Assembly: GCA_035529375.1 (NCBI GenBank)
Contig: DATKWU010000017.1
Span: 2,579 to 66,578, forward strand
Reading direction: 5' to 3'
Length of the DNA stretch: 64,000 nucleotides
DNA from: Patescibacteria group bacterium
GTDB lineage: Bacteria; Patescibacteriota; Microgenomatia; PFEM01; JAHIFH01
The notes below the pieces were generated by a model. The model was given only the letters and a program-made list of their open reading frames with translations. It was not told where the DNA came from and ran no database searches. Positions 1 through 10,595 of the stretch are shown in pieces; the first letter of the stretch is position 1, and each line of letters opens with the position of its first letter. Both the position numbers and the translations under genes were made by a program.

Positions 1-61
1 CTTGGTTTACTTAGTTTGAGGAAGAAATATGTTTTACAAATTTATAATCGCAGAAAAGAAA

Positions 62-1366
62 ATGAAACAAAACAATAACCAGGCGGTCATTGGTCTTGAA
101 ATCCATGTTGAGCTAAAAACAAAATCAAAGATGTTTTGTCATTGTTCGGCTGACTATTTTGGTCATCAGCCCAACACTCATGCTTGTCCAGTCTGTCTTG
201 GTTTACCTGGAGCTTTACCAGTAGCTAATAAACAAGCGATTGAATGGACGATAATGGCTGGTTTAGCTTTTGGTTGTCAAATTTCTTTGTTTTCTAAGTT
301 TGACCGAAAGAATTACTTTTACCCTGATTTGCCTAAAGGTTACCAAATTAGTCAGTATGATCTGCCTTTTTGTCTTGACGGCAAAATGGGGCGGATAGGG
401 ATCAAGAGAGTTCACCTTGAAGAAGATACGGCCAAACTTATCCACACTAAGGATTCGACCTTAATTGACTTTAATCGCTCTGGCGTGCCTTTAATGGAGA
501 TTGTGACTGAACCAGACATAGAGAGTGCCCAAGAAGCTAAAGAGTTTCTTAAACGAGTCCAACAAATTCTTCGCTATTTGGATATTTCTGACTGTGATAT
601 GGAAAAGGGCTCAATGAGATTAGAAGTTAATATCAGCGTCAGAAAAAAAGGAGATAAATTACCAGATTATAAAGTAGAGATTAAAAATTTGAATTCTTTT
701 CGTTTTGTTGAAAAAGCCATTAATTACGAGATCAAAAGACAACTTCAATTAATTAAAAAAGGTGAAAAACCGATTCAGGAGACCCGAGGGTGGAACGAAG
801 CCAAACAAAAAACCTATACTCAGCGTTGGAAAGAAGAAGCCCAAGATTATCGCTACTTTCCCGAGCCAGATTTACCACCAATTCGCTGGAAAAAATCAGA
901 GATTGAAAGAATTAAAAAACTTCTTCCTGAATTACCTGAGGCAAGAAAAAGACGATTTATGGAACAATACGGATTGTCTGATTATCAGGCAACTATCTCG
1001 ACAGCGTCGATAGCACAATCTGATTATTTCGAAGAAGCAGTTAATCTCGGCAAAGAAATGGGGCTTGATCCTATTGGAACAGCAAACATAATTATTAATA
1101 AAAGAGTTGATGTTGATAAAACCCCTCCGGCTAAATTGGTCCGGATTTTAGTCGAGAAGAAAGCTATTTCTAAAATTTCTGATAAACAATTAGGAAAGAT
1201 TGTTAAAGACGTCATCAAGAAAAACAAACAAGTGGTGGCTGACTTCAAAAAAGGCAAAACTCAGGCAGTTGAAGCCTTGCTTGGTCAGGTGATGCGAGAA
1301 ACAAAGGGAGCAGCTAACCCTAACCAAACCCGAAAAATCCTTCTTGAAAAGTTGAAGCGGTTGTAA
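62..1366 (+). CDS. gatB: Asp/Glu-tRNA amidotransferase subunit B
   Basis: IGLEIHVEL, FDRKNYFYPDLPKGYQISQ, DYRYFPEPDLPP motifs; start at ATG 62 preferred over 29. Confidence 0.97.
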   Translation: MKQNNNQAVIGLEIHVELKTKSKMFCHCSADYFGHQPNTHACPVCLGLPGALPVANKQAIEWTIMAGLAFGCQISLFSKFDRKNYFYPDLPKGYQISQYDLPFCLDGKMGRIGIKRVHLEEDTAKLIHTKDSTLIDFNRSGVPLMEIVTEPDIESAQEAKEFLKRVQQILRYLDISDCDMEKGSMRLEVNISVRKKGDKLPDYKVEIKNLNSFRFVEKAINYEIKRQLQLIKKGEKPIQETRGWNEAKQKTYTQRWKEEAQDYRYFPEPDLPPIRWKKSEIERIKKLLPELPEARKRRFMEQYGLSDYQATISTASIAQSDYFEEAVNLGKEMGLDPIGTANIIINKRVDVDKTPPAKLVRILVEKKAISKISDKQLGKIVKDVIKKNKQVVADFKKGKTQAVEALLGQVMRETKGAANPNQTRKILLEKLKRL

Positions 1367-1383
1367 TATCGTATTGATTAATA

Positions 1384-2031
1384 ATGGAAGAACCAAGAAA
1401 AGAATTTTCTCCTGAAGAAATTGCCTCGATTGTTAGAGAAAACGAGGCTCTTCGTGAAGAAAATGCTGGTTTAAAAGAACGATTAACTTATGATTCAAAT
1501 ACGGGTCTTTTGCGAACTGAAGATGAGGGGCGACAAACAATCTTAAGAAAAATTGAAACGATTCATGGTCAAGGAAAGAAAGTTTGTCTTTTAAGGCTAG
1601 ATGTTAATGGCCTTAAAGATTTGAATGAGGCTTCTAGTCATGAAGAAGTCGATGAAATTTTTTTTCCTGACTTAGGTAAAAGACTTTTAGAATTGACTGG
1701 GGAGCAAGACGGAGTTGCCATGAGGTACCATGGAGATGAATTGGGTATTTTGGTACCTCTTGATGACGTTAGTGATATGACTAAAGCTGATTCTTTGGTC
1801 CATCGACTTGATAATTTTTATGTTAAAACACCAGGAGGTGAAAAGAGATTTACTTTTACGATTGGTATTGCTCATGAAGACGAGCCGGAAGTCAAGGAAA
1901 AGATAGGAAAATTAGACAATAAAGAAGGTGAGCTCTCTGAAGAGGGAAATCTTTTTACAGCTCTCTGTAAAGTAGCTGATCAAAGAGAAAGACAAGCCGA
2001 GAGAAAGAAAAAGAAAGAAAGAAATGGCTAA
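1384..2031 (+). CDS. GGDEF-like domain protein (degenerate HGDEL) with N-terminal coiled coil
   Basis: D-x-x-TGL, LDVNGLKDLNE, RYHGDEL, TFTIGIA, ADQR. Confidence 0.7.
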   Translation: MEEPRKEFSPEEIASIVRENEALREENAGLKERLTYDSNTGLLRTEDEGRQTILRKIETIHGQGKKVCLLRLDVNGLKDLNEASSHEEVDEIFFPDLGKRLLELTGEQDGVAMRYHGDELGILVPLDDVSDMTKADSLVHRLDNFYVKTPGGEKRFTFTIGIAHEDEPEVKEKIGKLDNKEGELSEEGNLFTALCKVADQRERQAERKKKKERNG

Positions 2032-5000
2032 GTTTACCCATCTCCATGTTCACACTGAATATTCCTTGCTTGATGGTCTTTGCAAGATAGACGAACTGCT
2101 TCTCAAGGCGATTGAGTTGGGGATGGATTCAATTGCCCTAACTGACCATGGGGTGATGTATGGCGCGATCAAGTTTTATCTGAAAGCCAGGGATTTTGGG
2201 ATCAAGCCGATTATTGGCATGGAGGCTTATGTGGCCAATCGATCTCGCTTTGATAAACAAGCTAAACTAGGTTCTGATCAATTCCATCTCCTCCTTTTAG
2301 CCAAAAACGAGAAGGGTTATAAGAATTTAATTGAGTTAACCACCAAAGCTCATCTAGAAGGTTTTTATTATCGACCCAGGATTGATTTGGAACTGCTGAA
2401 GAAACATGCCGAAGGTTTAGTTGTCAGTACTGCCTGTCTCCAAGGTCAGATTCCCCAGTTACTAATGGAAGATAATGAAGAAGAAGCCAAGAAAAAAGCC
2501 AAAGATTTTTTAGAGATTTTTGATAAGAATTTTTATCTTGAACTAATGAGCAACAAGGAAAAAGTTCAGGATAAGGTTAATAAGGGTCTGGTCAAATTAT
2601 CTCGGAAATTAGGTATTCCCCTAATTGCCACCAATGACGTTCATTATGTTGAGAAGGATGATGCTGAGGCCCAAGACGCTCTCTTGGCGGTTCAGACTCA
2701 GAGGATGATTAACGATAAGAATCGATTAACGATGATTAACTCGCCAACTTTCTATCTGCGGTCTCAGGAAGAAATGATGCGTCTTTTTAAAGAAGTTCCG
2801 GATGCCATTGAGAACACGAGAAAGATTTCCCGGGTTTGTAACTTAGAAATTCCGATTGGCAACTGGATTTTGCCTAATTATCCTCTACCGGCCGGGGAAA
2901 GCGCCGAAGAGCATTTAAGAAGTTTGGTTAAAGAAAGAATGGCTAATCGCTATCCTAAAGAAATAAAGGAAGTTAAGGAGAGAGTTGAGTACGAGCTCGA
3001 CATTATTTGTAAAAAAGGTTTTGCCACCTATTTTCTGATCGTCCAAGACTTTGTTAACTGGTCAAAGCAGCAAGGTATTAGAGTTGGCCCAGGCCGAGGT
3101 TCAGTCGCTGGTTCAATTATTTCCTATATTTTAAGAATCACTTCAATTGATCCTTTGAGACATAACATACCCTTTGAACGTTTTATGAATCCTCAAAGGC
3201 CAACACCACCGGATATTGATATGGATTTTGCTGATGATCGGAGAGACGAAGTTTTGGATTACGTTATCAATAAATACGGCAAAGATCGAGTGGCCCAGAT
3301 TATTACCTTCAACGTTATGAAGGCTAAAGAATCGGTTCGAGATATTGGTCGGGTTTTAGGCATGCCTTATTCTGAACCCGATAAGGTTGCCAAATTAATC
3401 CCTGTTGGAATGAAAATTGATGAAGCGATTAAAACCATTCCCGAATTGGCGAGCTTGTATCGTCAGGAGAAATATAAAAAATTGCTTAATCTAGCCAAAA
3501 AAGTTGAAGGTGTTTCCCGACACGCCTCGACCCATGCCGCTGGCGTTGTCATTAGTGATAAGGAACTAATCGAATATGTACCTCTCCAAAAAGAAACTAA
3601 AGGTGAAAACATTATCACTCAATATGATATGTATGACTTGGATTTGAATGCGGCCGTTAATGAAGGTGAAGCTTTAGGCCTTCTGAAAATAGACTTCTTA
3701 GGTTTAAGAAATCTTACCACTTTAGAGAAAACCCTGGAGTATTTGAAGCAGACCAGGGGTGAAGAAGTTGATTTATCAGAAATAAATATTGAAGATAGCG
3801 AAGCTTTGAAAATGATTGCCTCAGGCGAAACGACCGGTATTTTCCAGTTAGAAAGTGCCGGCATGCGCCGTTTGGCCAAAAAATTAAAACCAAATAAATT
3901 TTCTGATATTGCCGCGATGGTGGCTCTTTATCGACCTGGGCCGATGCAGTGGATTGACGAATTTATTGAATCTAAAAAAGATCCCCAGAAAATTCGCTAT
4001 CCCCACCCTGATTTAAAAACAATTCTAGCTGAGACTTATGGAATTGCTGTTTATCAGGAGCAGTGTATGCAGATTGCCAATATTATGGCCGGTTACACCA
4101 TGGCCGAAGCCGATCGGTTGCGTTTAGCCATTGGCAAAAAGAAAAAAGCGGTGATGACTAGAGAGAAGAACAAATTTATTCAGGGGGCAATTAAAAACGG
4201 CTATAAAAAAGAAACGGCCGAGAAGATTTTTGCCCTGATTGAAAAATTTGCCGGTTATGGTTTCAACAAAGCCCATTCTACTTCCTACGCCATGATTGCC
4301 TATCAAACTGCTTATTTAAAGGCTCATTATCCGGTGGAGTTTATGGCGGCGTTGCTGACGGCTGAATCCGGTCGTTCTTCTGGTCCAGATAAGGATGAAA
4401 AAGTGACCCAAGCCGTTGAAGAAACCCGGCGAATGGGTATTAGAGTCCTTCGGCCAGACATTAACAAATCTAAAGTTGGTTTTACGATCGAGGATGATCC
4501 TCAATCGCCAGGCGGCAAAGCGATTAGGTTTGGTTTATCAGCTATCAAGAACGTTGGCGAAGCGGCCGTCGAGGTGATTATTCCGTCTCGGGAAGTTGGC
4601 GGATCATTCAATTCCTTAGTTGATTTTTGTCAGCGAGTTGATACCCAAAAGGTCAACCGGAAAGTTTTAGAGAGCTTGATTAAAGCTGGAGCGATGGACA
4701 GTTTTGGTAAAAGAGCGGCGATGCTCTCTGGTTTAGATAAGGTAAGGGTTCAAGGAGCCAAAATCCAAAAAGAAAAGATTAATGGTCAGACAAATCTTTT
4801 TGACGGTCAGGAGGTTGAGGGAAAAGTAAGTTTGAATCCAACCGATCAGCTGCCAGAGATGGAAGAGTTTACTCGCCAAGAGCTTTTATCTTTAGAAAGA
4901 GAATTGCTTGGATTTTATCTAACTGAACATCCTTTAGCGCCTATTCTCAACCAATTACGTCAGCAAAGAACCCATCAGCTTCAACAAATTAATCAGGAAA

Positions 5001-5500
5001 TTGGGGCCGGCCAGCGAGTCAAAATTGGCGGGATTATTACTGATTTAAGGATTGTTTTAACTAAGGCGACTTCAAGAGAGATGGCTTTTGTTAAAATCGA
5101 GGACGAGAGCGGCAAATTAGAAGTCGTCGTTTTTCCTAAAATATATGGTCAAACTAAAGGGATTTGGGCCAAAGACAGAATTGTTTCGATTCGAGGTAGG
5201 ACCGATCTTCGTGAAGGCAGTCAGAGCCTTATTGTCGAATCAGCTTCTTTATTGGAAGAAGAAAGTCAAGAAAAGGACGAAGAAAAACCTTTTGATTTTG
5301 AGATTGAAATCCCCAACAGAATTTCCTCTAGGAAATTAGTTGAGTTAAACAAAGTTTTTAAACAGAACCAAGGCAAGAGCAAGATCGCTCTTTACTTTGT
5401 TGACAACCTAGGTAGAAGTCGAAGAATGATTTTGCCTTATGGTGTTGATTATACTGAAAAAGTTAAGGAGAAGGTTAAAGAAATTGTTAGCCAAGATTAA
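2024..5500 (+). CDS. dnaE: DNA polymerase III alpha subunit
   Basis: PHP HLHVHTEYSLLDG, GRGSVAGS, PDIDMDF, FNKAHS, C-terminal OB fold. Confidence 0.98.
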   Translation: MAKFTHLHVHTEYSLLDGLCKIDELLLKAIELGMDSIALTDHGVMYGAIKFYLKARDFGIKPIIGMEAYVANRSRFDKQAKLGSDQFHLLLLAKNEKGYKNLIELTTKAHLEGFYYRPRIDLELLKKHAEGLVVSTACLQGQIPQLLMEDNEEEAKKKAKDFLEIFDKNFYLELMSNKEKVQDKVNKGLVKLSRKLGIPLIATNDVHYVEKDDAEAQDALLAVQTQRMINDKNRLTMINSPTFYLRSQEEMMRLFKEVPDAIENTRKISRVCNLEIPIGNWILPNYPLPAGESAEEHLRSLVKERMANRYPKEIKEVKERVEYELDIICKKGFATYFLIVQDFVNWSKQQGIRVGPGRGSVAGSIISYILRITSIDPLRHNIPFERFMNPQRPTPPDIDMDFADDRRDEVLDYVINKYGKDRVAQIITFNVMKAKESVRDIGRVLGMPYSEPDKVAKLIPVGMKIDEAIKTIPELASLYRQEKYKKLLNLAKKVEGVSRHASTHAAGVVISDKELIEYVPLQKETKGENIITQYDMYDLDLNAAVNEGEALGLLKIDFLGLRNLTTLEKTLEYLKQTRGEEVDLSEINIEDSEALKMIASGETTGIFQLESAGMRRLAKKLKPNKFSDIAAMVALYRPGPMQWIDEFIESKKDPQKIRYPHPDLKTILAETYGIAVYQEQCMQIANIMAGYTMAEADRLRLAIGKKKKAVMTREKNKFIQGAIKNGYKKETAEKIFALIEKFAGYGFNKAHSTSYAMIAYQTAYLKAHYPVEFMAALLTAESGRSSGPDKDEKVTQAVEETRRMGIRVLRPDINKSKVGFTIEDDPQSPGGKAIRFGLSAIKNVGEAAVEVIIPSREVGGSFNSLVDFCQRVDTQKVNRKVLESLIKAGAMDSFGKRAAMLSGLDKVRVQGAKIQKEKINGQTNLFDGQEVEGKVSLNPTDQLPEMEEFTRQELLSLERELLGFYLTEHPLAPILNQLRQQRTHQLQQINQEIGAGQRVKIGGIITDLRIVLTKATSREMAFVKIEDESGKLEVVVFPKIYGQTKGIWAKDRIVSIRGRTDLREGSQSLIVESASLLEEESQEKDEEKPFDFEIEIPNRISSRKLVELNKVFKQNQGKSKIALYFVDNLGRSRRMILPYGVDYTEKVKEKVKEIVSQD

Positions 5501-5512
5501 AAGTTTTAAGAC

Positions 5513-5570
5513 TTGACAAAATTTTTCACAGTTGTTAAGCTGAAAACCCAGAGGCACCTCTGGTTTTTTG
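5513..5570 (+). promoter_or_regulatory. sigma70-like promoter followed by hairpin/T-run upstream of pyrG
   Basis: TTGACA-N17-TAAGCT then ccagagg-ca-cctctgg tttttt. Confidence 0.5.
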
Positions 5571-5728
5571 TTGTCAGAGAACTTTACAGAACAATAGGGT
5601 GAGTGGAAAAGAATTAGATAATTGTTGCGAAGATAAAAAGGAAGAAAACGGAGTTCATTGAAGTGTCTTAATTGCGGCGAATTTATTCTATTTTAAAAGA
5701 GCAGGAAATTATTTTTTCAAATTAAAAG

Positions 5729-7399
5729 ATGAAATTTATTTTTGTTTCAGGTGGCGTTATCTCTGGTTTAGGTAAAGGGATTACCACCTCTTCAATCGCT
5801 CTTCTGCTTAAATCGCGTGGTTTTAGAGTGGCGCCGATTAAGTGTGATGCCTATGTCAATATTGACGCTGGCACGATTCGGCCTCAAGAACATGGCGAGG
5901 TTTTTGTTTGTAATGATGGAATTGAATGCGACCAAGATCTGGGTAATTATGAGCGTTTTCTCGGTGAAACTCTTTCTCGGGCCAATTATGTAACCACTGG
6001 CCAAGTCTATCAGGAAGTAATTCGGAAAGAACGAGCTTTTGAGTATGAGGGTGAAGATGTAGAAGTCGTTCCCCATATCCCTGAAGAAATGATCAGGCGT
6101 TTTAAAGAAGCCGGTAAGAAAATGAAGGCTGATTTTGTTTTGATTGAAATTGGCGGCACGGTAGGTGAATACCAGAATATTCTGTTTATTGAAGCTAATA
6201 GAATCATGAAAGTTAGAGATGGGGAAGAAGTTATCCATGTTCATGTCGGTTATCTTCCCACACCACCGAGTATTGGCGAGATGAAATCCAAACCAGTCCA
6301 AAATTCAGTCCGAACTTTAAACGAAACTGGTATCCAGCCAGATCTTTTAGTTGGTCGCGCTGGTAAGGATTTGGATAAGTGGCGAAAAGAACGACTGGCT
6401 TTGTTCTGCAACATTCCGGTTGAGAATATTATTTCCAATCCAGATGTAGAGTCAATTTATGAAGTACCTCTAATCTTGGATAGACAAAAAGTCGCTGAAA
6501 AAATTCTTAGGAAATTCAAGATGAAACCCAGAAAGAATAAAGATTTAAAAGAATGGCGGCAAATAGTTAAGAAGATAAAAAAGATAAGTAGGAATAATAA
6601 AAGAAAGGTGAGAATTGGGATGGTAAGCAAGTATCAACAAGTCGGTGCTTTTGAATTGGACGATGCTTATGTCAGCGTGGTTGAAGCGATTAAGCACGCT
6701 GCCTGGGCTAGTGATGTTAAACCAGAGATAATTTGGATTAACAGTGAAAAAATAGAAAAATTAGGTAAAAGTTATCTAGAGAATAAGATGAGTTTAGTGG
6801 ACGGAGTGATTGTCCCCCAAGGGTGGGGCAGTCGGGGAGTCGAAGGCAAAATCAAGGCGATTCAATATGCTCGGGAAAAGAAAACCCCCTATCTTGGTCT
6901 TTGTTTTGGGATGCAAATGGCGGTGATTGAGTTTGGCCGAAACGTTGTTAATCTAAAAAAAGCCAATACCATGGAGGCCGATCCCAAAACCCCCTATCCG
7001 GTCATTCATATTATGCCGGACCAAAAAGAATATTTAGCCAAAAGACAGTATGGAGGAACAATTAGATTAGGCGGTTGGAAGTGTCGAGTTTTGGCCGGTA
7101 CGAGACTAGCCAAAATCTATGGCAATTCAGGGATTATCTCTGAAAGACACCGTCATCGCTATGAATTTAATAACAAATATAGAGATAGATATGAAAAGGC
7201 GGGTATGAGGATTTCCGGGGTTTCACCAGACGGCAAATTAGTTGAGGCTATCGAAATCCCTGACCATCCTTTTTTCATTGGCACCCAATTTCATCCCGAA
7301 TATCAATCAAGCCTGCTCAAACCTCACCCTCTTTTTGTTGAGCTTGTTAAAACTTCTTTAAAGGAGCAGGTAAAAAATAATGATATCAGAGAAACCTAA
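5729..7399 (+). CDS. pyrG: CTP synthase
   Basis: GGVISGLGKG, KSKPVQ, GLCFGMQ, ERHRHRYE, QFHPE. Confidence 0.98.
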   Translation: MKFIFVSGGVISGLGKGITTSSIALLLKSRGFRVAPIKCDAYVNIDAGTIRPQEHGEVFVCNDGIECDQDLGNYERFLGETLSRANYVTTGQVYQEVIRKERAFEYEGEDVEVVPHIPEEMIRRFKEAGKKMKADFVLIEIGGTVGEYQNILFIEANRIMKVRDGEEVIHVHVGYLPTPPSIGEMKSKPVQNSVRTLNETGIQPDLLVGRAGKDLDKWRKERLALFCNIPVENIISNPDVESIYEVPLILDRQKVAEKILRKFKMKPRKNKDLKEWRQIVKKIKKISRNNKRKVRIGMVSKYQQVGAFELDDAYVSVVEAIKHAAWASDVKPEIIWINSEKIEKLGKSYLENKMSLVDGVIVPQGWGSRGVEGKIKAIQYAREKKTPYLGLCFGMQMAVIEFGRNVVNLKKANTMEADPKTPYPVIHIMPDQKEYLAKRQYGGTIRLGGWKCRVLAGTRLAKIYGNSGIISERHRHRYEFNNKYRDRYEKAGMRISGVSPDGKLVEAIEIPDHPFFIGTQFHPEYQSSLLKPHPLFVELVKTSLKEQVKNNDIRET

Positions 7400-8009
7400 T
7401 TGGCAGACGCCAGAAGCAGAAGCAATCATTAATAGTCTAAAAGAGACTTTTCTTCAAGAAGCTTGGGTGGCTGACCAAAATTTGATTATTGCTCCCTCTT
7501 TAGATCGAAAGATAGATCCTAGAATTTTAGAAGCGGCTGCCCAAGTGGTTGATTTGAGGTTTAAGGGAATGGGAGTTAATAAGGTTTTAGGCATTCCTAA
7601 TTTAGGTCTTCCTTTTGCCACGGCCGTAGCTCTTACAATGCCTGGTGTAAGATTAGTTCCTGCTTGTAAAGAAACGGAAAAACCGCGGGCTTGGCTAGAT
7701 AATCTTTCGGCAGAAAGAAGGACTTTGGCTCTTAATGTTGTTTCCTCAATCAGATTTTCTCTGGTTGAAACAGACGATAGGATTTTGCTAGTTGATAATG
7801 TTTGTGCTTATGGTCAAACGGCCAGTGAGGTGATTCAAACTTTAAATCAGCAAACTGAAGCGGAAGTAGTGGGCTTAGCTGTTTTGATGAGTAAAGACTT
7901 TCAGGGAGGTTTAAGAAGAATTGAGGAAAGATTTAAGATTCCTACTTTAGGTGTCATTAGAATCCAAGAAATTGGTCCCAATCAGGAAATAATTCTAGGA
8001 CAGACATAG
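7380..8009 (+). CDS. phosphoribosyltransferase-family protein (xanthine/adenine PRT-like, divergent PRPP loop)
   Basis: RILLVDNVCAYGQT (DD to DN), SKDFQGG. Confidence 0.7.
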   Translation: MISEKPNWQTPEAEAIINSLKETFLQEAWVADQNLIIAPSLDRKIDPRILEAAAQVVDLRFKGMGVNKVLGIPNLGLPFATAVALTMPGVRLVPACKETEKPRAWLDNLSAERRTLALNVVSSIRFSLVETDDRILLVDNVCAYGQTASEVIQTLNQQTEAEVVGLAVLMSKDFQGGLRRIEERFKIPTLGVIRIQEIGPNQEIILGQT

Positions 8010-8032
8010 CTTCTTTGTGTTAGAATGTTTCA

Positions 8033-8563
8033 ATGAACTACTATACCCTTAAGATTTGTGGTTTGACCAGAAAACTACCAATTGTTTCCCTCGGACCAAA
8101 ATTAAAGATTGCTTCCTTTAATCTTTTAGGTGATGGTGAATTGGTTGAGGCGGTGGCAAAGGATTTGTCTAAAGAAGTTAAAAAATTTGATTTTGATTAT
8201 TTAGTCGGACCTGAGGTTAAAGTTGTTCCTTTACTCCAAGTTCTTTCTCAAAAACTTAAAAAACCCCGCTATATTATTCTTAGAAAAAATATCATGGGCT
8301 ATATGACTAAACCAATCACTAATAAATTTAAACCTAATCTTGTTCTTAATGGTCCGGATGCTGAGCTTTTAAAAGGTAAGAAAGTGATTATTGTTGATGA
8401 CGTTGTTTCCACGGGTAGAACAATCAGAGTGGTTAGAGATTTAATGAGAATGGCTGAAGCCGAAGTGGTCGCTGCAGTAGCAGTTCTTAAACAAGGCGAA
8501 AAAGAAGAAGAAATAGAAATCCCCTTTTTTCATCTTGGCAGTCTGCCCCTTTTTGGTACTTGA
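8033..8563 (+). CDS. adenine phosphoribosyltransferase-like PRTase
   Basis: KVIIVDDVVSTGRT; C-terminal LPLF. Confidence 0.85.
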   Translation: MNYYTLKICGLTRKLPIVSLGPKLKIASFNLLGDGELVEAVAKDLSKEVKKFDFDYLVGPEVKVVPLLQVLSQKLKKPRYIILRKNIMGYMTKPITNKFKPNLVLNGPDAELLKGKKVIIVDDVVSTGRTIRVVRDLMRMAEAEVVAAVAVLKQGEKEEEIEIPFFHLGSLPLFGT

Positions 8564-8635
8564 CACGATTTTCACAGATTGATACTCTGAATTCGTCAGA
8601 ACAATATTCACCTTAGCCGGGTGAAGAAAGGACAG

Positions 8636-8728
8636 ATGAATAAAGCGGCTTTAGTTTTTTTATTTTACTTAGAGAAACAATCCTATTTTAGTTTCAAGTT
8701 TTCCCTACATCAGAAAGCACCAAGATAA
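8636..8728 (+). CDS. putative 30-aa leader peptide (MNKAALVFLFYLEKQSYFSFKFSLHQKAPR)
   Basis: AAAGGA SD, ATG 8636, stop inside loop of terminator aaagcacc...ggtgctttttt. Confidence 0.4.
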   Translation: MNKAALVFLFYLEKQSYFSFKFSLHQKAPR

Positions 8729-8742
8729 GCGGTGCTTTTTTT
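8714..8742 (+). terminator. intrinsic terminator in leader of folate/ECF operon
   Basis: aaagcacc-aagataagc-ggtgcttttttt. Confidence 0.65.
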
Positions 8743-8828
8743 AGTGCTCGAAAAAGATGGTGTGGAGAAACCTGCACCTTAACATATTGTGAATAGATTT
8801 TGTCATCACTAAATCTTGAGAAAGGAGA

Positions 8829-9578
8829 GTGAGGATGTCATACGACGATATTAGACGGGATGTGTGGGAGGCATTGCGGAAGGTAGCTGTCCCAGACTCG
8901 AGATTCCATTTCAACTTCGGGGAATTTATCCCCGATTTTCAAGGAAGTGAACGAGCTCTGGGAAGATTGCTATCTGAACATTCGTATCTGGAGGCAAAGT
9001 TTATCTTTATTGCTCCAGACAACTGCCTTGAGAGACTAAGAGCAATAGCTCTTAGTGAGGGAAAGGCTCTTATCGTTCCAACTTACTCGATAAAGCGGGG
9101 CTTTGTCTATCTGGATCCAAAGACAATACCATCGGGTAAAGAAGAATATGCAGCCCTTCTCGATGCAATGGAGGGGGTAGGGCAGCATGTCTCCTTGAAG
9201 GAGATCCAGGATCTAGGTCCGGTCGACCTCATGGTGAGCGGCGCTAGTGTTGTTAATCGAGAGGGTGTACGTCTCGGGAAGGGACATGGCTTCTTTGATT
9301 TGGAATGGGCTATGTTCTACGCTATTGGTGCGGCGAACCTTGAGACACCAGTGGTTGCCTTTGTTCATAGCTGCCAAGTGGTAGATATGCCAATCAACAG
9401 TTCTCCCTATGATACTGTCTGTGACATCATCGTGACCAATAAGGAGACAATTCGCGTTTCTTCTCCTCAAAAACCTACCTGCGGTGTCATTTGGGAAAGA
9501 CTTAATCCTGAACTCTTTCAGACGATTCCGCCACTTCAAGAGTTGAAGTCAATGCAAGAGAAAGGAGGTGAAGCATAA
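8829..9578 (+). CDS. 5-formyltetrahydrofolate cyclo-ligase (MTHFSD-like)
   Basis: FIPDF, APD, GVRLGKGHGFFDLEW, DIIVT. Confidence 0.85.
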   Translation: MRMSYDDIRRDVWEALRKVAVPDSRFHFNFGEFIPDFQGSERALGRLLSEHSYLEAKFIFIAPDNCLERLRAIALSEGKALIVPTYSIKRGFVYLDPKTIPSGKEEYAALLDAMEGVGQHVSLKEIQDLGPVDLMVSGASVVNREGVRLGKGHGFFDLEWAMFYAIGAANLETPVVAFVHSCQVVDMPINSSPYDTVCDIIVTNKETIRVSSPQKPTCGVIWERLNPELFQTIPPLQELKSMQEKGGEA

Positions 9579-9676
9579 GGTCTGTTTGGCTTCCCTTGTT
9601 AGCCGTAAAAGGAAACAAGGGTTCACCTTTTAGCAAGGTGAAAAGGAGTGATCTTCGGTAAAGATGAAAGGAGAGG

Positions 9677-10525
9677 ATGATGGCGGTAAGCGCTGAAGTG
9701 TATACGAGACCAAGATCGCAGACTCGATTGATGGTTGCCTCTGCTGTTTGGGGGGCGATCATCATCCCCCTGGCAATACTCAGCAGTTCGTTTCTGAGCA
9801 TTCCAGGTGCATTTGGGGCAGGTTACTTCTGGTTGCCCCAGATCATGATGGTCTCGGGGGTCGTTTTCTTCGGCCCCTGGGGCATGTTGGCCGCGGCAGT
9901 CGGGACGTTCTTGGGTGGCATGTTCGCTGGGTCACCACTGGCCATCAACATAGGCCAGAACCCGATACCGGCTTTCCTAGGGAACACCTTTCTCTTCTAC
10001 ATTCTCTGGTTCGGCTACAAGTACAAGGTTCATATATGGGAGGGCTATTCCAATGGCCTTGCTATCAAAGTAGTCGGAGGAGAGAGGAGACCAACGGCTG
10101 AAGTCAACTGGTCAAGGGTGGCTGTCACAGGTATCGTTTTCGCTCTCACCATCGTCTTCGCGGTGGTGGTGGGTTTCAAGCTGGGGCCATACCTGGACGC
10201 AATGGGCCTGAAGGCGTGGGGCTATCCCCTCATCTTCTTGCTTACTCTACCGTGGTGGTGGGTTATCAAGCAGCTTGGTGGCCTTCGAGTTGATGGCTAT
10301 ATCGTCCTGGCCCTCATCGCCGTGATTGTCTCCAGCATAGCGAGTGCTGCCTTGGGCGCTTTCGCCTGGCAGACAGTTGGAGGAATGGGAGCCAGTGCTT
10401 GGGTTGTCGTTTTCCCCGGCTGGGCTCTCGGCGATATAGTAGCTGGCAGCTTAGGCATTCCTTTGATCTGGAGCTTTGCGGATGTTTTGGAGCGAAAGGG
10501 AATGCTCTGGCGGCCGCTTCGGTAG
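9677..10525 (+). CDS. multi-TM membrane protein, probable ECF substrate-binding (S) component
   Basis: FGPWGMLAAAVG motif, many hydrophobic segments, upstream of EcfT/A. Confidence 0.65.
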   Translation: MMAVSAEVYTRPRSQTRLMVASAVWGAIIIPLAILSSSFLSIPGAFGAGYFWLPQIMMVSGVVFFGPWGMLAAAVGTFLGGMFAGSPLAINIGQNPIPAFLGNTFLFYILWFGYKYKVHIWEGYSNGLAIKVVGGERRPTAEVNWSRVAVTGIVFALTIVFAVVVGFKLGPYLDAMGLKAWGYPLIFLLTLPWWWVIKQLGGLRVDGYIVLALIAVIVSSIASAALGAFAWQTVGGMGASAWVVVFPGWALGDIVAGSLGIPLIWSFADVLERKGMLWRPLR

Positions 10526-10595
10526 TCGAAGGTACAGCATGGAGGCTGGATAGTCTCGGGATTGTTCAGCCTCCATCAATCAAATCGAAAAGGAA

